A DNA stretch of 64,000 nt, from assembly GCA_037445065.1 (NCBI GenBank), contig JBBILD010000020.1, positions 1 through 64,000 on the forward strand, in the 5' to 3' direction. Source of the stretch: Myxococcales bacterium (GTDB taxonomy: Bacteria; Desulfobacterota; Binatia; HRBIN30). This document shows positions 50,119 through 60,540 of this stretch, piece after piece (position 1 is the stretch's first letter; the number at the start of each line of letters is the position of its first letter). A model generated the notes under the pieces. That model searched no databases. It was not told where the DNA came from and saw only the letters and a program-made list of their open reading frames with translations. The translations under genes and the position numbers were made by a program.

Positions 50119-52200
50119 ATGATCGTTGCGGCAATTTTCTTGGCGTCCCTGGCAGGTCTGCTCGCAGGCTGCGGCGATGACGGCGAGGGTACGCTTGCGC
50201 CGGCGCGCCCGGCGCCCGGGGTTTCCGTGTACTTCGACCTCGAAGCGGATTGGAACCAACCCGCGAACTTTTACGCCGTGCCGTACCCGATGGATGGGCG
50301 CTTCGACGGGAACGGTGCGCCGGCGCTCGACGGCCTCCCTGCCCCGCCGGGCAACGCGCTGGTCCGTTCCCTCAAGTCGGTCGTGCCGCGGCGGCGCGGC
50401 TTCCCCACCGTGGCGTCCGCCTACTTTCGGTTCGACGGCCCGCTTGCACCCCGCAGCCTCAGCGAAATCCTCTTGCCGGTGCCGGATGCGCCCGTGCTGT
50501 TGCTCGATACAGACCCACAGTCCCCCGAGCGAGGGCGGCTGTTCCCGGTCGTCGCCCAGACCTTGCCGCAAGATCCGTACACTCCTCCCAACCTTCTAGC
50601 GGTAGCCGCAGTGCCCGGGGTGATCTTGCGGCCCAAGCGGACCTACGCCTTCGTGATTCAGCGCTCGCTCGCAGCCGCGGACGGTTCCCGGCTTGGGGTA
50701 CCAGCAGCGGTCGCCGACCTGTTGAACGGTGTGCTTCCACCGGGGGAGCGAGGAGCAGCGCTGCGCGAGCTTTTCGAGCCACTGGCGCTCACACTGCGCG
50801 AAGCCGGTATCAGTCTCGACCGGGTGGCGGCCGCGACGGTGTTCACCACTGGGGACGAGGTGGCACGGCTCGCCGAGCTGGTGGCAAAGACGCGCAGTTC
50901 CTACGCGGTGGAAGTGGAGGGGCTCCGGATCGATGCGGACGACGGAGCCTCCCACGACCGCTTCTGCGAGCTGCACGGCTACATGCGCGCCCCCCAGTTC
51001 CAAAGTGGGGGACCACCATTCGATCGGGACGGGCTGCTCGTCCTAGATCCGGAAGGGGTTCCAGTAGCGCAGCGCACCGAAATCGCACCCGTGGCGATCA
51101 CCTTGCCGAGGCAGCCGATGCCCCCAGATGGGTACCCTGTGGTGATGTACATCCACGGCACCGGTGGGCTGTCGACGCAGGTGGTAGACCGCGGCCGCAC
51201 CGCAGCCCCGGGAGCGCAACCAGAGAAGGGCAAGGGACCCGCCTACGAACTGGCGCTGCGTGGCTTCGCAACCGCGAGCATGGCACTACCCCTGAATCCG
51301 GAGCGGCTCCCCGGGACAAGCGGGCGGACATACCTGAACTTCAACAACCTGGCCGCGTACCCTTCGACCGTTTGGCAAACGGTCCTCGAACAAGCGCTCC
51401 TGCTCGACGCCCTCGAACGTCTACAAATCGCACCCGAGGTTGTGCGGGCGTGCGGCCTCCCGGTGCCGCCGGAAAGCGACTCTTACCGGCTGCGCTCGCG
51501 CCCGATGTACTTGATGGGCCAATCATTCGGGGCGCAGGTGGCGAACATGCTCGGCGCGGTGGACGCGCGCATCACCGCCCTCGTACCCACCGGCTCCGGC
51601 GGCTTGTGGCCGCTCACTGTGCTCGAGGCGGAAATCGCGCCCGGGCTTCCGTCGCCGACTCTCGTGGCAACCCTGTTGCAGACGCCGCGGCAACCCACCT
51701 TCGTGCACCCAGGGCTCATGTTGCTGGAAACCGTGTTCGAGGCCGCCGATCCGATCGCGTTTGCACCGCGGCTGGCCCGCTTCCCGCTGCCCGGCCACCC
51801 GGCCCGCTCGCTGTACCTACCAGTAGGGGCCGAGGACCCGGATTTCCCTGAGCCGATCTACGATGCCATGGCTTTAGCCTCAGGGGTCGAGCAAGCGGGC
51901 GAACCGCTATGGGAGACAATGCAGCAGAGCTTGTCGGTAACTGGTCTCGCAGGAATTCGCCCGTACCCGGTACGAGAGAACCGGCGCTCGGAAGACGGCC
52001 GCCAGTACACCGGGGTCGTCGTGCAATACCGACCCGATGGAATCCTGAGCGGGCACCACATCTTCGCGCAGCTCGATACAGTCAAGTTCCAATACGGCTG
52101 CTTCTTTGCCTCCGCAGAACTCGGCAGTCCCGTTGTCTTCGCTCCATCCGATGCCGCAGCGCCCTGCCCGGTCGCTACCACTCAGAGCCCGGTCGAATGA
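50119..52200 (+). CDS. Lipoprotein alpha/beta-hydrolase
   Basis: Lipobox LAGC, oxyanion HGTGG, nucleophile elbow GQSFG, C-terminal GHH. Confidence 0.8.
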   Translation: MIVAAIFLASLAGLLAGCGDDGEGTLAPARPAPGVSVYFDLEADWNQPANFYAVPYPMDGRFDGNGAPALDGLPAPPGNALVRSLKSVVPRRRGFPTVASAYFRFDGPLAPRSLSEILLPVPDAPVLLLDTDPQSPERGRLFPVVAQTLPQDPYTPPNLLAVAAVPGVILRPKRTYAFVIQRSLAAADGSRLGVPAAVADLLNGVLPPGERGAALRELFEPLALTLREAGISLDRVAAATVFTTGDEVARLAELVAKTRSSYAVEVEGLRIDADDGASHDRFCELHGYMRAPQFQSGGPPFDRDGLLVLDPEGVPVAQRTEIAPVAITLPRQPMPPDGYPVVMYIHGTGGLSTQVVDRGRTAAPGAQPEKGKGPAYELALRGFATASMALPLNPERLPGTSGRTYLNFNNLAAYPSTVWQTVLEQALLLDALERLQIAPEVVRACGLPVPPESDSYRLRSRPMYLMGQSFGAQVANMLGAVDARITALVPTGSGGLWPLTVLEAEIAPGLPSPTLVATLLQTPRQPTFVHPGLMLLETVFEAADPIAFAPRLARFPLPGHPARSLYLPVGAEDPDFPEPIYDAMALASGVEQAGEPLWETMQQSLSVTGLAGIRPYPVRENRRSEDGRQYTGVVVQYRPDGILSGHHIFAQLDTVKFQYGCFFASAELGSPVVFAPSDAAAPCPVATTQSPVE

Positions 52201-52916
52201 ACCACGGAAGCGCACTCTCTCCTCCGGATCTGGCCAACGCGGTCACCTCCTTCGCCACCATCTTTGCCGGAGCGAGCACGTATCTCTTGTGTCGGTTTGC
52301 AGGCAGGCAGCCTTGGCGCTGGGAGCGAGCTTACTTGGCTCTCCTGCTCACCGGTTTCCCGACGCTGGGCTGGCACGGGTGGCAGCTCGAAGCGTGGCGA
52401 GTCGCCGACGTGGGCACCAATCTCATCCTCGCCTACGCCTTGCAGTTGGCAGTGCTGGGCGATTTTTACCCTCGCCGTGCGCAGCAAGTCGGCGCGGTCG
52501 TGCTCGGTGGGATCAACGCCGCCGGCATCGGACAACTGTTCAGAGAGGCGTACACGGGGCAAGCCCCGTACGTTTTGCAATTCGGCTCCTTCGGCGGCTT
52601 CCAGTTGGGCGAACTGGTGCTCATCTTCGACTCGCTTACTGTGTTTGCCCTCTTTGTACACTCGCGCCAGGCCATCCCCGCACGAGCGCTGCCGCTCCTG
52701 CGGGTTATGACTGTGGTATTCCTCTGCGGCCTGCTGTTGGCCACGGCCGCTGGAACCACTGTGCACGCCCGCGTCCTCTCCTATCACGCGCTCTGGCACA
52801 TCGTGGGCGCCTTCGGCTTCATCTTCCTTTGGGCCATGAACCACATGCGTTTCGCTGCAGACAACGGGACTCGCAACACAGAGCCTGTAACGGTCGAGCC
52901 CCTCTCTGATCGCTGA
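52197..52916 (+). CDS. 7-TM CREST-like (ceramidase/PAQR-like) membrane protein
   Basis: ATGA overlap with the upstream gene. TLGWH, ADV and HALWH metal-binding pattern. Confidence 0.7.
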   Translation: MNHGSALSPPDLANAVTSFATIFAGASTYLLCRFAGRQPWRWERAYLALLLTGFPTLGWHGWQLEAWRVADVGTNLILAYALQLAVLGDFYPRRAQQVGAVVLGGINAAGIGQLFREAYTGQAPYVLQFGSFGGFQLGELVLIFDSLTVFALFVHSRQAIPARALPLLRVMTVVFLCGLLLATAAGTTVHARVLSYHALWHIVGAFGFIFLWAMNHMRFAADNGTRNTEPVTVEPLSDR

Positions 52917-53234
52917 GCGGGGTACCTCGCAACGCCGCGGTACCCCTCTGCGCTTCCTCGGATTCCGTTCTGCTTCACAGGCACCGATTTGCAAAGATAA
53001 ACGCAGAGAGGAAGCTGAATGGGCGCAGAATCGCTGCGCAGAAAACAGCGCCGCACGGGGGCTACGGGAGGAGTGACACCTCCTCCCGCACCAGACGTGG
53101 TGTTCCGAAGCGAGCCACGGAGACTCGAGAATCGTCTGCGCGAGCGCGCACTGGTGAGCTTCAGGCAAGCTGGCAGGTGTCCCCGCTGGGTGAGCCTATT
53201 TCGCTCACTTTGTTGCCGGAGCTCGAGTGCCATT

Positions 53235-53700
53235 GGGACTACTCCGGCAGCCTACACCGAGGTTTCAAACTGCGGCCACGATCTCGCCCGCACCACTCCG
53301 TCTTCGTTCCGGTCCGTAGCGCGGCATGGTGCTCGGTCGAAGATGGCCCCCGCGCTGGCAGCGACTTCCGCAGCGCTGATCGCGCCGCTGGCATCGCAAT
53401 CGCCTCCGCAGCCAACCAGCGTGGAACAGCCCGGCGGCGCTTGGCTGCGGCCCGCCAGGTGGCAGATCGCTTCCAGTCCCCTTTCTGCAAAAGGCGGGTA
53501 GCGGCTCAGTCCAAGGGGGTAATGAGATCCCGAAGGCGGTTGAGCTCGGTTTCCGTCACGGGAAAGAGGCGAGCCTCAGGGCCCAGGAACCGAGCCAGGC
53601 CGTTCGCTTCGACGAACTGTCACGCCTGCCCGTCGCTCCCCCGCGGCTCCTGCACCTCGATCGGCAGAGTGTTCGAGCAAGGCTCGCTGGCGAATCGTTC
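53235..53700 (-). pseudogene. Decayed dockerin-like secreted protein remnant
   Basis: Own translation: GCGGDCDASGAISAAEVAASAGAIFDRAPCRATDRNEDGVVR, frameshift, then GEIVAAV*NLGVGC. The upstream frame has internal stops. Confidence 0.6.
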
Positions 53701-53759
53701 TTGGCGCCACCCTTTCATCAGGGTTGCGCAAATCCGCCCGGGTCCACAGGGCACCCCTA

Positions 53760-54250
53760 ACGCAGTGCAACCCCTAGAGGGTTGCGCTGCACGATCGGGG
53801 GAAGGCGCTGATCCCAGGGGTTGGCGCTGCGCGCCAACGCCTTGCGGTATTGGCGCAACGCCTTCAGCGTTGCTCGCGGTGGGGACAGCTTGGTCATGTC
53901 GTGACAGCGCGGAGGGAGGAGCGGAATGCCCCAAGGCTCCGTCGCGGGTTCGTGCCGCGATGCGTTGTAGGAGCAGTTCTTGTGTCTGGGCGCGTTCCAT
54001 AGAAGCACGAATGCCCAAATTGCAGCGCGGGCAGCCACAAGGGCCGCCCCTACACAGCCCGAATGAGGCGTTGTGGCGGAGGCGGCGGGAACCAAACGTG
54101 GCGCGGCGCGGTAACCATTTGCAGCGGCTGGGCACGCAACCACGCCTTCCGCGATGCATTGTACGGGCAGGCCTTGTGCCTTCCCATGCTCCATCGGAAC
54201 ACAAATGCCCAAGCTGCAGCGCAGGCGGCAACAAGGGTTCCCCTAGCGTT
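53760..54250. repeat. REP/REPIN-like palindrome cluster C
   Basis: gggttggcgctgcgcgccaac...gcgcaacgccttcagcgtt matches 3160-3212. GTAG...gggccgcccCTAC (53967-54053) and gtacgggcaggccttgtgcc...cccctag (54161-54246). Confidence 0.75.
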
Positions 54251-54688
54251 TCGGACAATGCGGCCGTGAAGCGCGCCGATGTGCAACGGCTTCAGTGTTG
54301 CTCGCGGCGGGAGCAGCGTGGGGATCAAGGCGTGGTGTGGCGGTGGAAACGCAAGGCCAGCACCGCATCGGCGCTGGCGCGACGTGCACGATCGAACCAC
54401 TGTGCTTCCGCACCACGGCCGGCCTCGAGGAATGCGCTTGCAACTGCGGGACATCATGGGCGCTCGCAGAGGGAGCACGAACAGTCGAGCGGGCGGCGGC
54501 TATGCGGAGGTGTTCAAGAAGGCCATCGAATCGCTCCCGAGTGTTCGCAGCAAGGGCTGGCCAGGTGGTCCTCGCCAAGCGCACTCACAACACACAACGA
54601 TCGGGATCTACCTGCAAGGCCCACCCGCCGCTATCGGGAGTTGCCACTCCGTCTTGGGCATACCGCCATCCACGGCCGCTTGCCGCGC

Positions 54689-54721
54689 GCTGGAGCAGGG
54701 GCTTCTTGCCCCCGCTCCAGC
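54689..54721 (-). terminator. Stem-loop downstream of the FG-GAP gene
   Basis: gctggagcaggggc-ttctt-gcccccgctccagc. There is no U-tract, so a terminator role is uncertain. Confidence 0.35.
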
Positions 54722-54790
54722 GACTCCCCCCGGGACCTCCGCCGAGCTTGGCGATTCGCCGTACCGCCCTAATGGGTTGGCGAGCGCCGC

Positions 54791-57700
54791 TCACGGCAGT
54801 GGCCGCGCCTTACAGGTGAGGCGCACCATCGTGCGCTTGTGGCGACCATTGCCAGCGACAGAGTGAATGCGAATCGGCAAGCGCGCGCGTGCGCTCTCCC
54901 GCGGTGTTGGCGAAGCCGCAAACACTGTGAGGGTACGCGGTGCGCTGCACAAATCCTGCTGCCCGGGACCAAGCGGCGCTTGGTTCGTAAAACCCGCACT
55001 CGGCTGACCCGGATCGAAGAGCTGCGTGATCGCTTGCCCCAAGGCCGCCAGATTCGCCTGATACTGGCTCGCGACCACCGGGTGCAGCGACAGTGCCGCC
55101 CGCAAGGGACGCACCGAGAGCTGTGCAATCCCGTTGTTCCCTGCCGGTGAACAGGCCGGCAAGGTTGGGTCCGCCACATTCACGCACGCCACCGTGATGA
55201 ACCCGCAGCGGCCGGGCAGCGGGTCGAAGTCGCAGGTCGGATCCTGATCCACGCAAGTCTGGCGGAAGTCCGGCAAGCCCCAGCGGTCGAGCGGGTTGTT
55301 GGGGTTCACCACCACCAGCTCCACCTGGCAGCTCTTGCGGTCGCGCGCAGGCTTCTTGCGGTTGCCGCGAATGTAGCGGCCTGACGCGCCCGCCACGTAG
55401 CGGCACTGAAAGGCCGGGTCGGAAGGGCAACTCTCCACGCTGCCGTCGGGAGCCGGCGGCGGGCCAGCGTACTGGTTTCCGTCGTCGCACTGCTCGCCAG
55501 CCTCTACGATCCCGTTCCCGCAGCAGTTCAGGGTCACTTGCGAGAGACACTGCCCCGAGCCGTCGCAGGCATACTTGCAGAGGTTGCCGAGCGGGTTGGG
55601 CCCGGCCGAATCCGGATCGGGTCCCCAGCACTGCGTACCCGCGGGTTCATGGTTGGCAACGCAGCTTCCGGCGCCATCGCAGGTGTCAGGGTTGGTGCAG
55701 TCGGTATCCGTCGCGTCTCCGCAAGAAGTACCGCTAGGCGCGAAGGCATCGGCGGGGCAAGACTGATCGGGAAGGCCAGGGCAATGCTCGGCGACGTCGC
55801 ACTCTCCTGCTTCCACCCGGCACACTACGCTGCTTGCCGCGAACCAATCCACAGGACACGCTTGTCCAGGCACACCGCTACACACTTCGTCCGGGTCGCA
55901 AGCGTCCCCCGAACCAAAATCGCACACCACCCCGCTCGCTTGCACCACGTCGGCCGGACAGGGCTGGTCGGGCACGCCGGGGCAAAACTCACTCGGGTCG
56001 CAGACCGCATCGCGGCCTCCGTCCGCCGCCTCGGTACCCAATCGGCACAACACCGTGCTGGGGGCATAAACGTCGGCCGGACACGGCTCTCCAGGCACAC
56101 CGCTGCACACTTCGTCCGGGTCGCAGCCATCGCCCGAACCTGGGTTGCACACCGTGCCGTGGGACTGCAGTAGATCCGGCGGACAATCCGCGCTGGTGCC
56201 GGTGCAAAATTCATCTGGATCGCACACATTTCCACCCGCCGGCGCTCCTGAACCGGGCCGGCAAAGAACACCGGCCGGCTCGAGCGAGTCAGCGGGGCAA
56301 GTGTCGCCCACCCCGTCACAGCTTTCCGCCACATCGCACAGCCCCGCCGGCGTCCGGCACACCGTACCGAACGGCTGCTTTACATCTGCCGGGCACGATG
56401 CACTGGTGCCCGAGCAGACCTCCGCCGCATCGCACTCGCCGGCTGCGGCACGGCACTCGGTGCCTGCAAGCGTGAAGGTGCAATCCGCGGCACAGCACGA
56501 CTGCGGCTGGCCGTTCAACGGACCAAGGTCGCACTCCTCCCCGAGATCCACCGCTCCGTCACCGCAAAAGGCATCAAGGGAAAAGACGTACGCGGAGCCC
56601 TGATCGCTCGCGAAATCCACGTCATCTTCCCGCGATCCCACAACAAGGGTATCCCCCGACAAGGCGACGCCGTAGCCAAAAGAGTCTTGCGCCTCGCCGT
56701 CGGAAGCCACCAATTTGGCGCTCTCCGTCACGACCCCGCCCCAGCCAGCGCCTGGCTTTTTGTAAACATAAACAGCCCCTTGGTTGGGTTTCGACCCAAC
56801 GTCGTGGAAGCGGGCGCCAACCACCACAACGTTCCCGACAAGTGCCACCGACATACCAAACTCGTCCCCTCCTTGCCCGTCCGAGGCGATCAGCTTTGCT
56901 GTTTCCGAGATGCTTCCGGTCCAGCCTCCCGAAGGTTTGACGAACAAGTACGCCGCTCCTTGATTGGGGTTGGTGTTGCCCGCACCGTAACGCGCGGTCA
57001 CCAACACTGTGTCCAGAAAAATCGCCACCGAAAAACCGAACTCGTCGCCTGCGGCGCCGTCCGAAGCGGTCAGCTTCGCTGCCTCGGTGAACGTGCCGGT
57101 CCAGCCACCAAGTGGTTCCAGAAACACGTATGCTGCACCCTGATCTGCGTGATTGCTGCCGGGACCATTGCGGGCACCGACCACAATCGTATCCCCAGAG
57201 ATTGCAACCGATTGACCGAAGTTATCATTTCCAGCCCCGTCTGACGCGGTGAGCTTCGCGTTTTGGGTTAACAACCCGCTCCAGCCGGCGGGCGGTTTGA
57301 CGAAAACGTACGCTGAGCCGCGGTCGCCCTGCGAGCCGATGTCGTCCTGCCAGGCCCCGACTACGACCGTGTCGCCTGAAATGGCAACGGAATTCCCGAA
57401 CTCGTCAGAAGACGCGCCATCGGAAGCAACGAGTTTGGCACTCTGGCTCAGGGTACCGCTCCACCCTCCGGCAGGCTTGATGAACACGTATGCAGAGCCC
57501 CGATCCGTCCCGCCCGCGCGCCGAGCCCCGGCCACCACCGTATCCCCAGAAATGGCGACGGAAACGCCAAGCCAATCCGAAACACCCGCGTCCGAGGCAA
57601 CGAGCTTGGCCGCTTCGTTGACCGTGCCACTCCAACCACCAGCGGGCTTCACGAACACATAGACGGAACCATAGTTCGCATCGGTAGTGAACGGTGCGCC

Positions 57701-58660
57701 CACCACTACCGTATCCCCGTCCATAGCAACGGACACGCCCAACTGGTCGCTCGCCGCCCCATCCGACGCCAGCAGCTTCGCCTGCTGCACGAAGGGATCG
57801 ATCACCACCGGATACTCGGCGCCGGCGGCCTGCACGTGCAGGCGCAAGCTGGAGTCGTCGGCTACCTCCATCCAAGCCGGCAACTCCCTACCCTGGCGGT
57901 CGTATGCGTACAGGCCGCCGTAGCGGAACAGCACCTGCCTCCCGTGCCCCTCACGTAGCGTCATCCCACGCCTGCCCTCCTCGACTTCCATGAGCAAGGG
58001 CGTGTCTTGCCCGAGCGCGGCTAAATCCACCACCACTTCCTCCACTTCCGCCGGGCAACCCGCGGGCGGTTCCTCCAACGTAAAGCCCTGCTGGAGTCCG
58101 AGTGGCCCGTTGCGGTACCATTCCCGCACCGCCCTGCCGTCCGCCTGGCGATCCAGTTCGAGCTCGTTGCCCTCCGCACGCGTGCTTGCGACCTCCCCTA
58201 CGCTGCTCCACGCGACCTCGGCCCCTCCGGGCGTGCGGCAACCGAGCCGCTGCCACTCGAGCCCCCACTGTGCTCCCCCCTCTGCCCAGCGCAGCAACAG
58301 ACGGCGGCCGTCGTGCTCACCGTGCAAACTGTGCCGGCTGTTGGCGAATTCCACACCGGCACCGCCCGCTCGAGGGCGGAAACGGTATGCCGCCTCGTCC
58401 TGCCCAAGGCGGCGCGAAATAGCGCCCTGCAGCGGCACGGGAAGATCGGTCGCGCGTGTCGCGCCGCGCCCGGCGCCTGCTCCCTGAGCCGCTGGCGCCA
58501 GCACCTCCTTTTCCGCTCCCAATGCGATCCTGCGCGCAGCGAATGCGCCTGCTCCCGCCAACGAGCGGGTGGTGGCTTCGCGCCAGGGTGCGCTGCAGGC
58601 GCACAGCCAAACAACACTCGCTAACAAGAACAAAAGCGAACGATCTTCCCTCTTCTTCAT
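54791..58660 (-). CDS. Large secreted protein: FG-GAP beta-propeller, disintegrin-like Cys repeats and C-terminal Cys domain
   Basis: AGGAGG RBS and signal peptide. Seven AKLxASD...GxSVAxxGDTxVVGA repeats, CGDGAVDLGEECD, repeated CRxxxxxCDxxExCxGxxxxCPxD, CGNGIVEAGEQCDDGN. Confidence 0.9.
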   Translation of the reverse strand: MKKREDRSLLFLLASVVWLCACSAPWREATTRSLAGAGAFAARRIALGAEKEVLAPAAQGAGAGRGATRATDLPVPLQGAISRRLGQDEAAYRFRPRAGGAGVEFANSRHSLHGEHDGRRLLLRWAEGGAQWGLEWQRLGCRTPGGAEVAWSSVGEVASTRAEGNELELDRQADGRAVREWYRNGPLGLQQGFTLEEPPAGCPAEVEEVVVDLAALGQDTPLLMEVEEGRRGMTLREGHGRQVLFRYGGLYAYDRQGRELPAWMEVADDSSLRLHVQAAGAEYPVVIDPFVQQAKLLASDGAASDQLGVSVAMDGDTVVVGAPFTTDANYGSVYVFVKPAGGWSGTVNEAAKLVASDAGVSDWLGVSVAISGDTVVAGARRAGGTDRGSAYVFIKPAGGWSGTLSQSAKLVASDGASSDEFGNSVAISGDTVVVGAWQDDIGSQGDRGSAYVFVKPPAGWSGLLTQNAKLTASDGAGNDNFGQSVAISGDTIVVGARNGPGSNHADQGAAYVFLEPLGGWTGTFTEAAKLTASDGAAGDEFGFSVAIFLDTVLVTARYGAGNTNPNQGAAYLFVKPSGGWTGSISETAKLIASDGQGGDEFGMSVALVGNVVVVGARFHDVGSKPNQGAVYVYKKPGAGWGGVVTESAKLVASDGEAQDSFGYGVALSGDTLVVGSREDDVDFASDQGSAYVFSLDAFCGDGAVDLGEECDLGPLNGQPQSCCAADCTFTLAGTECRAAAGECDAAEVCSGTSASCPADVKQPFGTVCRTPAGLCDVAESCDGVGDTCPADSLEPAGVLCRPGSGAPAGGNVCDPDEFCTGTSADCPPDLLQSHGTVCNPGSGDGCDPDEVCSGVPGEPCPADVYAPSTVLCRLGTEAADGGRDAVCDPSEFCPGVPDQPCPADVVQASGVVCDFGSGDACDPDEVCSGVPGQACPVDWFAASSVVCRVEAGECDVAEHCPGLPDQSCPADAFAPSGTSCGDATDTDCTNPDTCDGAGSCVANHEPAGTQCWGPDPDSAGPNPLGNLCKYACDGSGQCLSQVTLNCCGNGIVEAGEQCDDGNQYAGPPPAPDGSVESCPSDPAFQCRYVAGASGRYIRGNRKKPARDRKSCQVELVVVNPNNPLDRWGLPDFRQTCVDQDPTCDFDPLPGRCGFITVACVNVADPTLPACSPAGNNGIAQLSVRPLRAALSLHPVVASQYQANLAALGQAITQLFDPGQPSAGFTNQAPLGPGQQDLCSAPRTLTVFAASPTPRESARARLPIRIHSVAGNGRHKRTMVRLTCKARPLP

Positions 58661-59347
58661 GATTCCTCCTCTTTTGGGGCACACAAGGTCGCGGACAATG
58701 CGCAGGCCCGAGTGCCGGTGCGCGAGATCGAACCGTTTCCACCACCAGACATGTGAAGGCGCACGTTCGAGTCAGGACCCCGCTTGCCACCGCGAGGAAG
58801 CCGCTGAACCGAACACAGCGGGGAGGTCCAAGCCGCCCCCCCCACCTGCGGTTGCTCGGCTGAGTGGGGGCAGTTCCGAACCTGGCGCGAAGTGCGTCCA
58901 CGCAGCGCAATGACAGCTCGACCCGCTAAACCCCTAGACCACATCGGCCCGAATACCGCCCCAACACAGGAAAAAATGGTTGTACGCTGCCTGCGAGCCG
59001 GACACGTGTCAAGACGTTTTTTGCCGTTGCAACCGAAGCCGGTGGGCAGTGAGCCCGCACCCTTGCGACGCGGCTGCACAACCCTCGAGCGCACTGCAAC
59101 GAGACACCCACAGCGGGACAAAAAGGAAACGGCTCGCTTCTTCCCCAGCCGTGCCACGATGCGGCGCCAAGCAGCCTGCGGCCTCCCTGCGCGCCCGGAG
59201 CCACACCACCAGCCATCGTCTTCGCGGGCCAAAGAGCTGCCGCGATCCTGAGCGGCGGCAGCACGCGAGCGACGTGCGAAATATAGCCAGCCGGGATCGT
59301 GCCCAGCCCCTGACGGGCTGTTCGCCTGCCCCCCCGCGCTGGACGGT

Positions 59348-60163
59348 TCAGACGTCCAGTCCGAACACGCGCACCGCGTTTTCTCCCAGGAACAGCCGGC
59401 GCGCCTCTTCGTCGAGTTGCAGCGAGTCCATCTCGGCCAAGCAATCCGCCGGTTGGATCATCGGGTAGTTGCTGCCGAACAGGACTTTGCGCCGCCCGTG
59501 CTCGCGCAAGTAAGCGCATAGGGCAGGCGGGTAACGCTTGGGCTTATAGGCAGAGGTGTCGATGAACACGTTCGGATACTTGGTGGCAAGCGCAATCATT
59601 TCCTCGGTCCATGGGTAACCGATATGTCCGGCAACAATCGTAAGGTCAGGAAAATCGAGAGCGACTTCATCAAGATACGGGATCGGGCGGCCTGGCTCGG
59701 AGGGCCCTAATGGGCCCGTGTGCCCCACTTGCAAGCAAAACGGAATTCCGAGTTCGATGCATTCTGCATACAACGGATAGTACCAGCGATGGTTCGGGGG
59801 GCGTTCCCACAGCCAAGGCAAAACTCGGAGCCCACGCATTCCGAGCTGGCGCACCGCGCGGCGCAGCTCACGCACCGCATCCATGGGCCTGGATAGATCC
59901 ACCGAAGCAATGCCGACAAGCCGATCGGGGGCGCGGCGTACCCATTGGGCAACCGTGTCGTTGTCAATGATCGGCCCCTCTGGACCCCACCAGGCAGTCA
60001 CCAATGCACGTGTCACCCCGGCTGAGTCCAACGCGGCAAGGGTCAGTTCGAGCGGAATCTCCTCAGGAGCCTCGCCAGCGCGGACCCAACGGCGCAGGGA
60101 TGCAAAGCGCGGGTGGCGCAAAAAGGCTGGTGTCGGATGTTGGATCCAGGCATCCACAATCAC
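59348..60163 (-). CDS. Amidohydrolase_2 family protein
   Basis: VDAWIQHP, QVGHTGP, GHIGYPW, IDTSAY, FGSNYP, GENA. Confidence 0.92.
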   Translation of the reverse strand: MIVDAWIQHPTPAFLRHPRFASLRRWVRAGEAPEEIPLELTLAALDSAGVTRALVTAWWGPEGPIIDNDTVAQWVRRAPDRLVGIASVDLSRPMDAVRELRRAVRQLGMRGLRVLPWLWERPPNHRWYYPLYAECIELGIPFCLQVGHTGPLGPSEPGRPIPYLDEVALDFPDLTIVAGHIGYPWTEEMIALATKYPNVFIDTSAYKPKRYPPALCAYLREHGRRKVLFGSNYPMIQPADCLAEMDSLQLDEEARRLFLGENAVRVFGLDV

Positions 60164-60540
60164 GCCGCCCAGCCTACGGGCAGGCCGTGGCTCGGTCAAC
60201 GCCACCTGCCTGCGGTCGAACGCGCAACCCCGGCCGCTTCGCGTTACGGGAACCCCCTCGCCAACTGGCTCAGAGCCTTGCGCAATCTCTCCCCTGGTGC
60301 GAACGCGGGCGACCGGTTCCTCTTGCCGCGCGACTCCTTTCTCGAGCAAAAGCTGCGCAATTCTAGCTCGCCGCAACCGGGCTCGCGGCGACGGTCCTGC
60401 ATTAGCACCAACAGGCTCTTCCCGACTCGCTCATTGCAGCGACTCAAACCCTTGCGGCCGCGCCCGCCGCCCGTGCGCCAGCGCGCGGCGTTGCGGGCCT
60501 GTGAGTCCCGAAGCTCGCGGGAGCCGCGGCTCACCGGGGT

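Noticed and set aside
53177..54772. 531-aa plus-strand ORF
   Set aside because: Arg/Ala/Ser-rich with no motifs. It spans REPs and the opposite-strand pseudogene, so it is likely a GC-rich chance ORF.
58975..59015. Minus-strand TTGACA overlapping the palindrome GACACGTGTC as the promoter of the FG-GAP gene
   Set aside because: The best -10-like hexamer (TACAAC) is 22 nt away, too far to call a promoter.
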